Below are positions 37,335-49,300 of a stretch of DNA of 64,000 bases, piece after piece; within the stretch, counting starts at the first letter, position 1; each line of letters opens with the position of its first letter. The DNA is from Podospora anserina (Eukaryota): NCBI GenBank assembly GCA_017654855.1, contig CM030332.1, positions 930,001 through 994,000 on the forward strand. The letters run 5' to 3'. The notes below the pieces were generated by a model. The model was not told the DNA's origin. It ran no database searches and worked only from the letters and a program-made list of their open reading frames with translations. Both the position numbers and the translations under genes were made by a program.

Positions 37335-38747
37335 ATGAATCTGCTACTTTCCGACGATTACCTGCTTCAAGACTACCCAGAGAACATTACCAACACCATT
37401 CGATCGGGTCACTCAACCTGTGTTCGCTTCAATCGCAAGGGTGATTACCTCGCGTCCGGCCGCGGCGATGGAACCGTTGTCGTTTGGGACATTGAGACCA
37501 TGGGCGTCGCCCGGAAGCTGCGAGGCCATTCTAAGCAAATACAATCGCTAAGCTGGTCACGGTGCGGTCGATACCTGCTGTCGGCCTGTGCTGGTTGGAA
37601 GGCCATTCTATGGGATCTCCAAGATGGCAAGAAGTATCGCGAAGTGCGATTCCGAGCGCCAGTCTACGGGGCTGAGCTCCATCCCTGGAACCAGTACGTT
37701 TTGGAGAGGACCTTTCCTTCCAGTCATCTATACTAACATATGCTCAGTCACCAGTTTGCTGCAGCCTTGTTCGAAGCCCAACCGGTCCTCGTCGATGTCC
37801 AAGACCGAAAAGACGTTCAACACCCTCTCCCGACCGCTCCAGAGCACGACACCGTGAAGCAGACCACAACGGCGATGATATATACTGCGAAGGGAGCTCA
37901 TCTGCTATCCGGCACCAGCAAAGGCCGACTGAATATTATCGACACCACAACCCACCAGCTCATCTACTCCGAGAAGATCGCCGAAAGGAGTGCGGTTCTT
38001 CTGTTGAGACTGACCGAATCTGGCAAAGATCTGCTTGTGAATAGCAACGACGGTATCATCCGAACGTTTCACCTGCCAGACCTCTCCGCCCCAGATCTTG
38101 ATCCTGATACAATACAGTTGCCCCTTGAGCACAAGTTCCAGGACGTCGTCAACAAGCTTCGGTGGGGGCATGTCACATTCAGCGCTACGGGGGAGTATGT
38201 AGCTGCCTCAGCTCATAACAACCACGAGCTTTACATCTGGGAGCGAGCACACGGCAGTTTAGTTCGTATGCTTGAGGGGCCGAAGGAGGAGTCGACATAT
38301 CTAGAATGGCACCCTCATAGGGCCTTGCTCGTAGCTTGTGGCGCGGAGACGGGCAGAATTAACATCTGGTCAGTCACAAGCCCACAGAAATGGTCGGCTC
38401 TGGCGCCTGATTTCGTCGAGGTCGAGGACAACGTTGAGTACATCGAGAAGGAGGACGAGTTCGACATCCATCCCCACGAAGAAATTCAGAAACGACGGTT
38501 GGATCAGGAGGACGAGGAGATCGATGTGATGGGACCGGTGGGGAACAAGACAGAGCTGGAACAGGAGGCTGACAATTTCCGGGTGCCCATCCTCTTTGAC
38601 CTGGGCGAGTCGGACAGCGAAGATGAGTTCATCAACGTCGGATTCGGGACACTGCGACGGAAGAGTCCGGGAGAGCAAGACGATGGTGAGGGCACTGGTG
38701 GTGAAAAGGCGGCCCCGAAAAAGAGAGGGCGAGCTAAGAAGAAGTAG
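37335..38747 (+). CDS. SWD1: COMPASS/Set1C WD40 subunit Swd1 (RBBP5)
   Basis: MNLLLSDDYLLQDYPE, RFNRKGDYLASG, LEHKFQDVVNKL, WSALAPDFVEVEDNVEYIEKEDEFD; intron 37694-37747. Confidence 0.95.
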
Positions 38748-39939
38748 GGTGGTGGTCTATTAATATTGAGTAGTAATACGTAGTTGTAGTTATGATACCC
38801 CTGAATTCACCATAGACATCCATGAAGCATTGCATGAACATGACCCCTATGACGTGAGGCAGGAGAAGGGACGGAGGTATGTGCTCTGACAATCCCTACC
38901 TTTTGGCCGTCTCATGGTTGTGGTAACCTTTGGTGTGGCTGAATGAAGGCGTAACTAAAACATGGTCGTCTGAGTGTGCTCAAACCGGTACTCGGTTGAA
39001 CACGAGCAGATGGCGCCTCATAGTGCAATGCCATACCACCGACCCCATCCACATTCTTGGGTGCGGGGGTTGATAAAGTGATTGTCTGCTCGACGGCGTC
39101 ATGGAAGTGATATATATGCTGCGGGTCTAGGTTTGGAGACTGATGTCCCAAAAGTCACTGGGCAGGCAGCCGTGGTGGGTGACACGCACAGCGACCTTGA
39201 GGGTACCTGTTGCATGGGGAGCGCTGTGGTGGCGGTTGATGGGTGGTTCGCAGCCGGTCAAGTCGCCAGCTGGTATCCCACAGTTCACTTGCTGGGCCCT
39301 GGTAGGTGCGCTGTGGTGGTTGCTCCTCCGCGGAAAAGTGGGCCCGTCCTCAAAGTGGGCTAGTCGTTGCCTCCTTCCCGCGTCGCTTTGTCCGTCAAGT
39401 CGAACTTTTCAGAAGCAAGCGGCGCCATCCACTTCTTTTCCAAACCACCACTCAACAACCATCACGACCGCCATCGCGGAACGCGTCAACCTCCCCCGAT
39501 TCTTGTCGCCTGCAGCCATCGGCAAGCCGACAACACGTGTTGAACGCGGTTTAACGACTTTTCTTCGACTCTCCTTCGACTTGCGGCGCAAACTGGAGGC
39601 ACTGAGCTTGTGATCATCGCTCCGTTGGGGCCGCTGGCCTGTGGACAGCGCAGTGGAGGATACCATCGACTTTGCAATCGCAAAACTCATCCCTCGGCGA
39701 CCGATCCATCAAAAATCCCGTCTTTGCCCGTCGTTCTCTTCCTTTACTTCGCTCGACGTCGACTTTTTTCACCGACTTTTTGCGCGCGCGCAGCCCTATC
39801 GCGACCCGCCGCGTCTTTGCCAGGCTCTCTGGTCCTTCGACTACCGGCTGCTTGGACGACTCCTCCTTAATTAGCCCACCCGCCTTGCTTTTCCCCATTC
39901 ACCAAATCACGAAATACTTGAGCTCTTACAGCTTTCATC

Positions 39940-42900
39940 ATGGCGAACCTTATCTTCGCTCACTCGAGCGCGCCGCTCCGGACAATTCAGGAGATCCAGT
40001 TTGGTCTGCTGTCGCCGGATGAAATCAAGGCCATGAGCGTAGCCCACATCGTCTATCCTGAGACTATGGATGAGACGAGAACCAAGCCACGCGATGGTGG
40101 TCTCAACGACCCTTTACTCGGCTCAGTAGACCGACAATTCAAATGCAAGACATGTACCGAAAACATGTCAGAGTGCCCAGGGCATTTCGGACACATCGAA
40201 CTGGCCCGCCCAGTCTACCATCCAGGATTCATCAAACGGACAAAGAAATTGCTGGAAATCGTCTGCCATAACTGTAGCAAGGTTTTGGCCGATAGAGTTC
40301 GTGCATTCTGAATTCGGGATTATCCATTGTGCTTGTGCTAACGCCTTCATAGAGTGATCCTGCTTACGCCGCGGCTATGAAGATTCGCGACCCCAAAACT
40401 CGCTTCAAGCGTGTGTGGGACATCTGCAAAGCGAAGCGCGTTTGCGATAACCTTGCGCCGCAGAAACCCGAAGATGGCTCGTATGATCCCAACGCGGGCC
40501 CAGCTGATGGTGGTCACGGAGGTTGCGGCAATACCCAGCCCGTTGTGCGTCAGCAGGCTCTGACTCTGTATGCCATGGTCGAGCACAAGGACGACGAAGG
40601 TGTGAAGACCAAGGAGAAGAAGGTTCTTACACCCGAGATGACTCTCAACATCTTCCGTCGCATGTCAGAGGACGAGATGGTCGATATCGGTCTCAACATT
40701 TCCCAAGCCCGTCCCGAGTGGATGATCATCACAGTTCTTCCCGTGCCCCCGCCGCCAGTGCGTCCTAGCATTTCTATGGACGGTACTGGCACCGGTATGC
40801 GCAACGAAGACGATTTGACGTACAAACTTGGCGATATCATTCGCGCCAACGGCAACGTCAGACAGGCCATCTCAGAAGGCTCACCCCAGCACATCATCAC
40901 GGATTATGAGAATCTTCTCCAGTACCACGTCGCCACCTATATGGACAACGACATTGCTGGTCAGCCACAAGCTCTGCAAAAGAGCGGCCGTCCAGTGAAA
41001 GCCATCCGCGCGCGTCTCAAGGGCAAAGAAGGTCGTCTGAGAGGTAACTTGATGGGAAAGCGAGTCGACTTCTCGGCCCGTACTGTCATCACGGGTGATG
41101 CCAACATTTCTCTGGATGAAGTCGGTGTCCCACGCAGCATTGCCCGCACCCTCACCTTCCCCGAGACCGTCACTCCCTACAACATTGAGAAGCTCACCGG
41201 CTATGTCAAAAATGGGCCGAACGAACATCCCGGTGCCAAGTACGTAATCAGGTCGGACGGGACGCGCATCGATCTTCGCCATCACAAGCGTGCGGGAGCT
41301 CTGCAGCTGGAGTACGGGTGGAAAGTCGAGCGTCATTTGATCGACGGTGACTTTATCATCTTCAACCGTCAGCCCTCTCTCCACAAGGAGTCCATGATGG
41401 GTCACAGAGTGCGCGTCATGCCCTACTCTACTTTCCGCCTGAATTTGTCCGTCACATCGCCCTACAACGCCGATTTCGACGGTGATGAAATGAACTTGCA
41501 CGTTCCGCAGACCGAGGAGACACGTGCTGAAGTCAAGGAGCTGTGCATGGTTCCTCTCAACATCGTCTCTCCCCAGCGTAACGGCCCGCTCATGGGTATC
41601 GTCCAGGATACACTGGCCGGCGTATACAAGCTCACTCGTCGCGACACCTTCCTCACCAAAGAACAGGTGATGGACGTCATGATGTGGGTCCCAGACTGGG
41701 ATGGAGTCATTCCCCTTCCTGCTATCTGGAAGCCTAGGCCCCGGTGGACTGGCAAGCAGATCATCAGCATGGTGATTCCCAGCATTATCAACCTTGCCAT
41801 GGGTGCCGATGGCGAAGAGAGGGACGCCCCGCTTAAGGACGAGGGTCTCCTGATTCAGCAAGGTCAGCTCATCTACGGCTTGCTCACCAAGAAGAGTGTC
41901 GGTGCTGCTGGAGGCGGCATCATTCATCTGTGCTACAATGAGTTGGGCCCCTCCGGTGCCATGGACTTCTTGAACGGGTGCCAGAGAGTTGTCAACTATT
42001 GGCTTCTCCACTGCGGCCACAGCATTGGTATCGGCGACACCATTCCCGATGACAAGACCATTGAGCTCATTGAAAAGCACATCAATGACGAGAAGGCCGT
42101 GGTCGCCAAGCTTACCAAGATGGCCACTGAAAACCAGCTCGAGGCTCTCCCGGGTATGAACGTCCGTGAGACGTTCGAGAACAAGGTGTCGGCTGCCTTG
42201 AATACGGCTCGTGACAAGGCCGGTACGTCTACCGAGAAGAGTTTGAAGGATCTCAACAACGCCGTCACCATGGCTCGTTCGGGTTCCAAGGGCTCTTCCA
42301 TCAATATCTCCCAAATGACAGCGTTGGTCGGTCAGCAGATTGTCGAAGGAAAGCGCATTCCCTTCGGCTTCAAATACCGCACCCTCCCTCATTTCACCAA
42401 GGATGATTACTCCCCCGAGGCTCGTGGTTTCGTCGAGAACTCGTATCTCCGTGGCTTGACTCCTTCGGAATTTTTCTTCCACGCCATGGCTGGTAGAGAA
42501 GGTTTGATCGATACTGCAGTCAAGACAGCCGAGACCGGTTACATTCAGCGTCGCTTGGTCAAGGCTCTTGAAGACGCTGAGGCGCATTACGATGGTACGG
42601 TGCGCAACTCGCTGGGTGATATCATTCAGTTCGTGTACGGTGAGGATGGCCTTGATGGTATTGCCATTGAAAAGCAAAAGGTCGACCACATGAACTTGAA
42701 CAACGCCAAGTTCGACAAGCGCTTCCGTCTCGACGTGATGGACGAGACAAGCTCTGCTGCCGCTCTGGACGCCCTGGAATATGGCCGAGAGATGGTCAGC
42801 GATCCTGCCGTCCAGTCGCTTTTGGATGAGGAATATGAGCAGCTTCTTGCCGACCGGAAGCAAGTCCGTGAAATCAACCGCAAGAAGAAGGACGATGACA

Positions 42901-45330
42901 GCATGCAGCTGCCTCTCAACATTGGCCGTATTATTGATACTGCCAAGAAGCTCTTCAAGGTTGACAGCACCCAGCGCAGCGACCTGACTCCCAAGGATGT
43001 CATTCCTGCTGTGCAGGCCTTGCTTGCTCGCATGGTGGTAGTTAGAGGCGAGGATGAATTGTCCAGAGAAGCTGATTACAACGCCACCATTCTCTTCAAG
43101 ATTCAGATTCGCTCTCGTCTTGCGTTCAAGCGCCTGGCTGTTGAGCAGCGGCTCAACAAGCTCGCCTTCGACCATGTTCTTGGTGAGCTCGAAAACCGTT
43201 GGTCCCGGTCCATGGTCTCTCCTGGTGAGATGGTTGGCGTGTTGGCTGCCCAGTCCATTGGTGAGCCTGCCACCCAGATGACGTTGAACACCTTCCATTT
43301 CGCCGGTGTTTCTTCTAAGAACGTCACCCTCGGTGTACCGCGTCTCAAGGAAATCCTCAACGTTGCCAAGGACATCAAGACTCCGTCCATGGTTGTCTAC
43401 CTTGACAAGGAGAGAGCTACGCAAGAAGACGCCAAGTCGATGCGTAACTTGGTTGAGCACACCAGTCTGAGATCCGTCACAGCCATGACTGAGATCTACT
43501 ACGACCCCGATATCACTTCCACTGTCATCCCCGAGGATTTCGATCTCGTCGAGTCCTACTTCCTTATTCCCGACACCTCTGACTCGCAGCCTATCGATAG
43601 TCAATCCCGCTGGCTACTCAGAATCATGCTCGATCGTCAAAAGATGCTTGACAAGGGCTTGCGTGTGGAGGATGTTGCCGCTGCTATCAAACAGGAGTAC
43701 AAGAAGGATGTCGCGGTTATTTTCAGTGACAACAACGCCGAGGAGATGGTTGTTCGTATCCGCGTCATTCGCCAGAACGATGACAAGGATGCTGACGGTA
43801 ACACTATCATCGAGGATGATGTTATGCTGAAGCGTCTGGAGAAGCATCTGCTTGACTCTTGTACTCTCCGTGGCGTTGAAGGCATCGAGCGTGCTTTCCT
43901 GAACAAGACCGCCAGATTGCTCGAACTCCCCGACGGATCGCAAACGGCCAACAAGGACAAGGAGCCAGCCTGCGAGGAGTGGTATCTTGATACCCAGGGT
44001 ACGGCCCTTAGAGAGGTCTTGACGGTTGAAGGTGTTGACACTACTCGCACCTACACCAACGACTTGTACCAGGTTGTCGATGTGTTTGGAATCGAAGCTG
44101 CTCGCTCGGCTCTCATGGCTGAGTTGACGCAAGTGCTTGCCTTCGACGGTTCCTATGTCAACCATCGCCATTTGGCTCTATTGGTCGATGTCATGACCTA
44201 TCGCGGCAGCATTGCTGCCGTTACTCGTCATGGTATCAATCGCGCTGATACTGGTGCGCTCATGCGTTGCTCTTTCGAGGAGACTGTCGAGATTCTTCTC
44301 GAAGCCGCTGCGGTTGGTGAGCTTGACGACTGCCGCGGTATTTCCGAGAACGTCATGCTTGGTCAGATGGCGCCCATGGGCACTGGTCACTTTGAGGTTC
44401 TTCTCGACCCCAAGATGCTGGAGACTGTCATCTCTGATAACTCTCGCATGGGTCTCATGGCTGGCATGACCATCAAGGGTAACCAGCTTGAGGGTGCCGC
44501 GACCCCCTACGACACAGGCTCACCTATGGCTGATAACGGCTACCTTGGCGGGTCTTACTCCCCAACCATGGGTAACTTCTCCCCTATTGTGGGCAATGAA
44601 TCCGGTGGCCCGCCTGGGTTCGCATCTGAATACGGTGGTGGTGGGTATGGTTCCAGCTCGGTCAACCCGTATGCTACAAGCCCTGGGCGACCTACGAGTC
44701 CCTTCACTACCTCCCCGACGTCGCCTTTCAGCTACGGTTACTCCCCGACGTCGCCTGCTGCTGGGTATTCCCCCACCTCTCCGCTCATCGACGCCGGTGG
44801 TCGGTTTGCTTCGAGCCCTCAGTTCAGCCCGTCCTCGCCGTCTTTCTCGCCAACGTCGCCTATGCTTCGTCCTGGGAGCCCAACAAGCCCCAGCTACAGC
44901 CCGACTTCGCCGAGCTATTCTCCTGCGTCTCCGGCTGCCACCCGTCACTACTCCCCGACATCGCCCGCGCAGTTCCAGTCACCGACCTCGCCGTCGTACT
45001 CGCCGACGAGTCCGAGCTACAGCCCAGCGTCCCCTGCGTTCCAGGCCACGTCGCCATCATACTCGCCGGCGTCGCCCAACTGGTCGCCCACGTCGCCAGA
45101 TGCTTACTCGCCGACAAGCCCCACCTTCCAGCGCTCTCCCGGGCAGCAAATGTCTCCAACCAGCCCTGGGTATTCACCAACGTCTCCTAGCTTCTCTCCC
45201 AGAACGCCGGGTCGCGCCGCGGGAAGTGGTGGTGATCAATAGTATGTTTTTTTCTTGCCAACAATCACATTCATATTGGAATGCTAACAATACACTTTTC
45301 AGCTCGCCTACCTCCCCCACGAATGACTGA
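39940..45330 (+). CDS. RPB1: RNA polymerase II largest subunit, 3 exons
   Basis: [35 protein letters not shown] active site, [15 protein letters not shown] heptads; introns 40297-40352 and 45242-45302 (last exon completes YSPTSPTND*). Confidence 0.99.
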
Positions 45331-46099
45331 GTTCACACTCTAACATTCCAACCGGCTGAGCAAAGACACGCTTAGGCACCATCCCGGGCACAGGTCTGCC
45401 TCGAGATTCGGAGAGAACGCATGGCGAGAGGAAACGAAAAAGAAGAGAAAAAAGGGGGCGCGATTCATCTGCATTATTTTCTTGCGCTACCCTTTCTTTT
45501 TCTCGCGTTGTGTTTGTTGCTACTATTAATTGTATTTTTTTTTTTGGCGATATATATGGGAAAGCGCGTAGAGTTCGTCATTCAGCTCTTTTTCTTCAGT
45601 TTCGGTTCGCGTTTGGCTTTTATACCGTTACACAACACGCGCGCAACAAACGAACTCCCATCACCGCCGCCATTGCTTGTTTAGATTATCAGGCGTGGGG
45701 CCTATGGGAAGGGAGGAAGGGTATGAAAAAAGAAGGGGAGGGGGTACATAAACTGAGATTGCTTGTTTTTTTGCTCGGAGGGAATGGGATGGATGGATGG
45801 GAGGCGGGTTGGGGAAGGGAGGGGATATTGGTGATGAACTTGGGTGGCTGTGTAGTAATGATCATTTTGTATCATAAAAATCAATCAAGGGGGAAAACAT
45901 GACAAATTTTACTTGCTGTCTTGTTGGTGAATTAGTAAAAAGTTGAACAAAAAAAACAGGTGTTTGTATGCAACTATCAGGTGTTTGTTTTGATGGCTGT
46001 GGTACAAATATGGTGTGTGGTGTGTGGTGGTCGAGTTGGGCAGTGATGATGACTGAGCTTTGTGGTGCAGCCGTGGCGGGTTATTTGCGGCCGCAAGTG

Positions 46100-46120
46100 T
46101 GGTGGTGGTGGTGGTGGTGG
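46100..46120. repeat. (TGG)7 microsatellite
   Basis: Read directly from the sequence. Confidence 0.85.
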
Positions 46121-46287
46121 CGTCGATGAGAAGACAGTCTTGTGCTGATGTGTATAAGTTGATAGGTTGGATGGAAGAGGTTGTTTTTCTTGCACAGCCT
46201 TTTTTCTCTCCGGTGGTTCCCTATCAGGCAGACATACATAAGGTATACAGCATATGGAGTCCAAACATCGCACAACACTCACAGTAG

Positions 46288-46314
46288 CAGCAGCAACAAC
46301 AACAACAACAACAG
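46288..46314. repeat. (CAG)2(CAA)6CAG microsatellite
   Basis: Read directly from the sequence. Confidence 0.85.
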
Positions 46315-49300
46315 GCAATTACAGTTATGCATAGACTTTTAAAATAATAAAAAATATGGAGTTGATGCCTATCTGAGCCGTATGTAATTGAAATGATGTG
46401 GGTGAGGCTGGGAAAACCACCACCCCATCGATATATTGAGTTTCTGGCACAGTCAAAAGTCATATGCACGTCTGTCGGCCAGGTACTCCCTGAATACGGG
46501 CTCTGTATTCAGGTAGGAACCCTGGTTGCCTTGTCGTCGTCCCAATCCAAGCATGCCCGTTTCTTGACTCACCAACGTTTCGATGCAAGCATGCGCGCAC
46601 GATTCTCAACTGGGCACTTCTTCATCGAGGATGGCCAAAACGGAGGTCGGCTGTGCAATGGTGTGTCTCTAGTATCAACCCCCATCCATGACGCTTCATC
46701 AGCACTACTGTGGAACACTCCATCACTGTCGTGTCTACTCGAGACGACATCCACACTGCGCCATGCTCGGTATCGCTTCCCAACCCCCATCCCTTCAGCC
46801 CTATGCCCCCTTTTCTTGTCTTCACTATCTGCCCGTTCGGGGCAAAGAATCTGCAGTTGGATCGTAAACATCACTAATTACCGCTTACGCGTGGAGCACA
46901 TCCGGGCAGTGCTCTGCTGTTCATCATCGCTTCAGCGTAGACTAGCACCAACTGATATTGAAACTTGTGGAGCATCTGCAGTGACGGCCCGGACGGCAAC
47001 GCAAGTAGCGCGGTGCGCGAGTGACCTTTGATCATGTACTCGGGACCACTTCTGCACATAGCCCAGACGATCAAGTGGATCACCCTGATTTCTTCATCTC
47101 AGAGCCCCTTGAAACCCATGGCAAGGAAAATGCAGCTGCAGTCACGGTACCTGCTTCTTCATCAGCCTTGTCGACGTCACTTGGTTTGAAAGGCTGACCA
47201 ATAGGGCGAACCAGTGGCTTCTCCTCCTGTGATCACGGCTCCTGATTTCCAAGATAGGGGTAGCCCAGCAGGTGAGAGAGGAGGTGATAACACAGCAACT
47301 GGCTGCTACATTGCCCCCCACGATGTGAGATCACTCACAGAATACCTTCTGCGGCCGCTCAGACGTGTAGATGATCTGACCTTTGTCGATATTCAGTAGA
47401 GTCAGGTTACTCCGTCACAGGAGAGCCGTTATCCAGCCCTGTGATTTGCCGGCCCGTATAGACTCTTTGCACGCAGGTGCGAGCCGGTGGCACCTTGGGT
47501 AAGGAGCGGATGCACGAGAAGCACCTGATGCGGAACCTGATCTGGCCCGTGGCTATGCTCCGGTCGTCGACGGCGATCAGATCAGTGGATAGCCAAGTCG
47601 TAACCAACGGGAGGGTGTCTTCTGAAACAAGACGACGGGCATATCGGAAGCTCTCCGGGCCCCAAGAACACTCGGTACGGGAGAGGAGTGGAGTCATCTC
47701 GTTGCTGTTCATCAGGGAATGGTCCGGTGTTACTATGGCGGAGGCTGAGCATTCACCTCTTGACGAGGTCGTGGGTATGGGGTTGGTGTGCCTGGAACGA
47801 CGGTCATTGCAATGTATGAGCTCCTAATTCTTCCACCCTCACTGGTCGATATTAGCTTGGCCCTACATGAATCTTGAGAGTGGAGTCTTACTTCCTGGAA
47901 AGGGGATCGATGGAGGTTCCCTCCTCCCACCATAGTGTGGAAGGGGAGGGGGGTGGCAAGTCTTGGTATTGTGATTCCCTTCCTTGGTGGGGATGGTATG
48001 GTGCGCTGCATGCCCGACACAGTCTAGAGGAAGCAGCATACCTGCAGAAACCTGGGTCAGTCATCGATCTCGCGAGGGAATGGCCAAGGCAACCAGGCAT
48101 ATAAAGAGGTATATCATAGGGACGAATAGAGGACGGCCAAGGGTGAAAGAAGAGACCCAGCCGCGTGGGTAGGATCCAATGTACGTCGGCGGGCCAGTGG
48201 CCAATTTGAGAAGATTGTGTAGTCCGTCATGGGTTCTCGGTGGACAGATGAACGAGGCATGAGACAATATGGACGGGTCACTGACCTGAAACGGCTGAGG
48301 TAGCCTCGTGGGTGCTAATAGTTGACTTGGTGGTGCCGTGGCATACCGGAGACATCGTGATTGGTCAATGGACATTAACAACTCATTTGACTATGCCGGA
48401 TCAGCAATTGGGCTGGTCTAGGTGCCGACATCCCTTTTCAGAATTTGGTGAGGAAGAGGCTCAAGTGGAGTTGTAGAAAAGTGGTTGTGCTGTGATATGG
48501 TGCTCAGCCTTGCGTTTTGTGACGCGTTGTGACCGTGGCCGCATTGGCAGAGACCTAGCTCGCACAGCCTCATTGGAACCTGTAAGAAGAATGATGTAGA
48601 AACAGAAAGTAAGCAGGCAAATGATAATGATGGAGAGAAAATTTCGGTCATGCCCGGTGAGCACAAGATGGTGTACCCAAATATGATGAGGTTTAGAAGC
48701 TTGGTGGAGGAAGTGGTGGTGGTGCTGGTCGTTGACGTTTGACAGAAGACAAGACGTCGTTTGCTCAAGTGCAGCCGGGGGCCAAAATGTCTCAGCCAAT
48801 TGCTGTCGGCCGCCTTGCAGATGAAAGCAGAGGAGTGGGAAATGTGGTGCTCACTGGTAGGAAATTGCATGTATTGGGGCACTACTGCAGTGCACGAGCC
48901 ACTGATCCAAGCTGTCGGTAACAAATCATATCTGGGCATGGCTGCCTACCCCTGTCTAGATTCAGTGTTGCATCATCGTGGTGGCTGTGAACCTGAAAGG
49001 GAGAAGCGAACGCATCGAACATTCCATATCCAGTTAACAAGAAGCCAAACATGCGGCCACGTCGAGATAGAATCAAGGATACCCTTAGTCTATTCAGGCC
49101 CAAAATGTAGCCATAGTAGCAGTCCTCCAGATCGTGTGTCATCTATCACTTATTCAAATAGACTGGCTGCCTCTCGGCCGATAGCAAGGCAGGTTCCTCT
49201 CCAGATAATCAAATCCATTTCAGTGATCGGCCTCAGCGGTTTCATGCCTCGGGGACCAGCAAAGGAGGCCCGACAACCGGCAGGCAAAGCAGTTGGCAGG

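Noticed and set aside
40881..43604. 907-aa antisense ORF inside RPB1 (and a 268-aa antisense ORF inside CFT1)
   Set aside because: It is in codon register with the sense gene and explained by codon bias (avoidance of TTA/CTA/TCA); the translation has no recognisable motifs.
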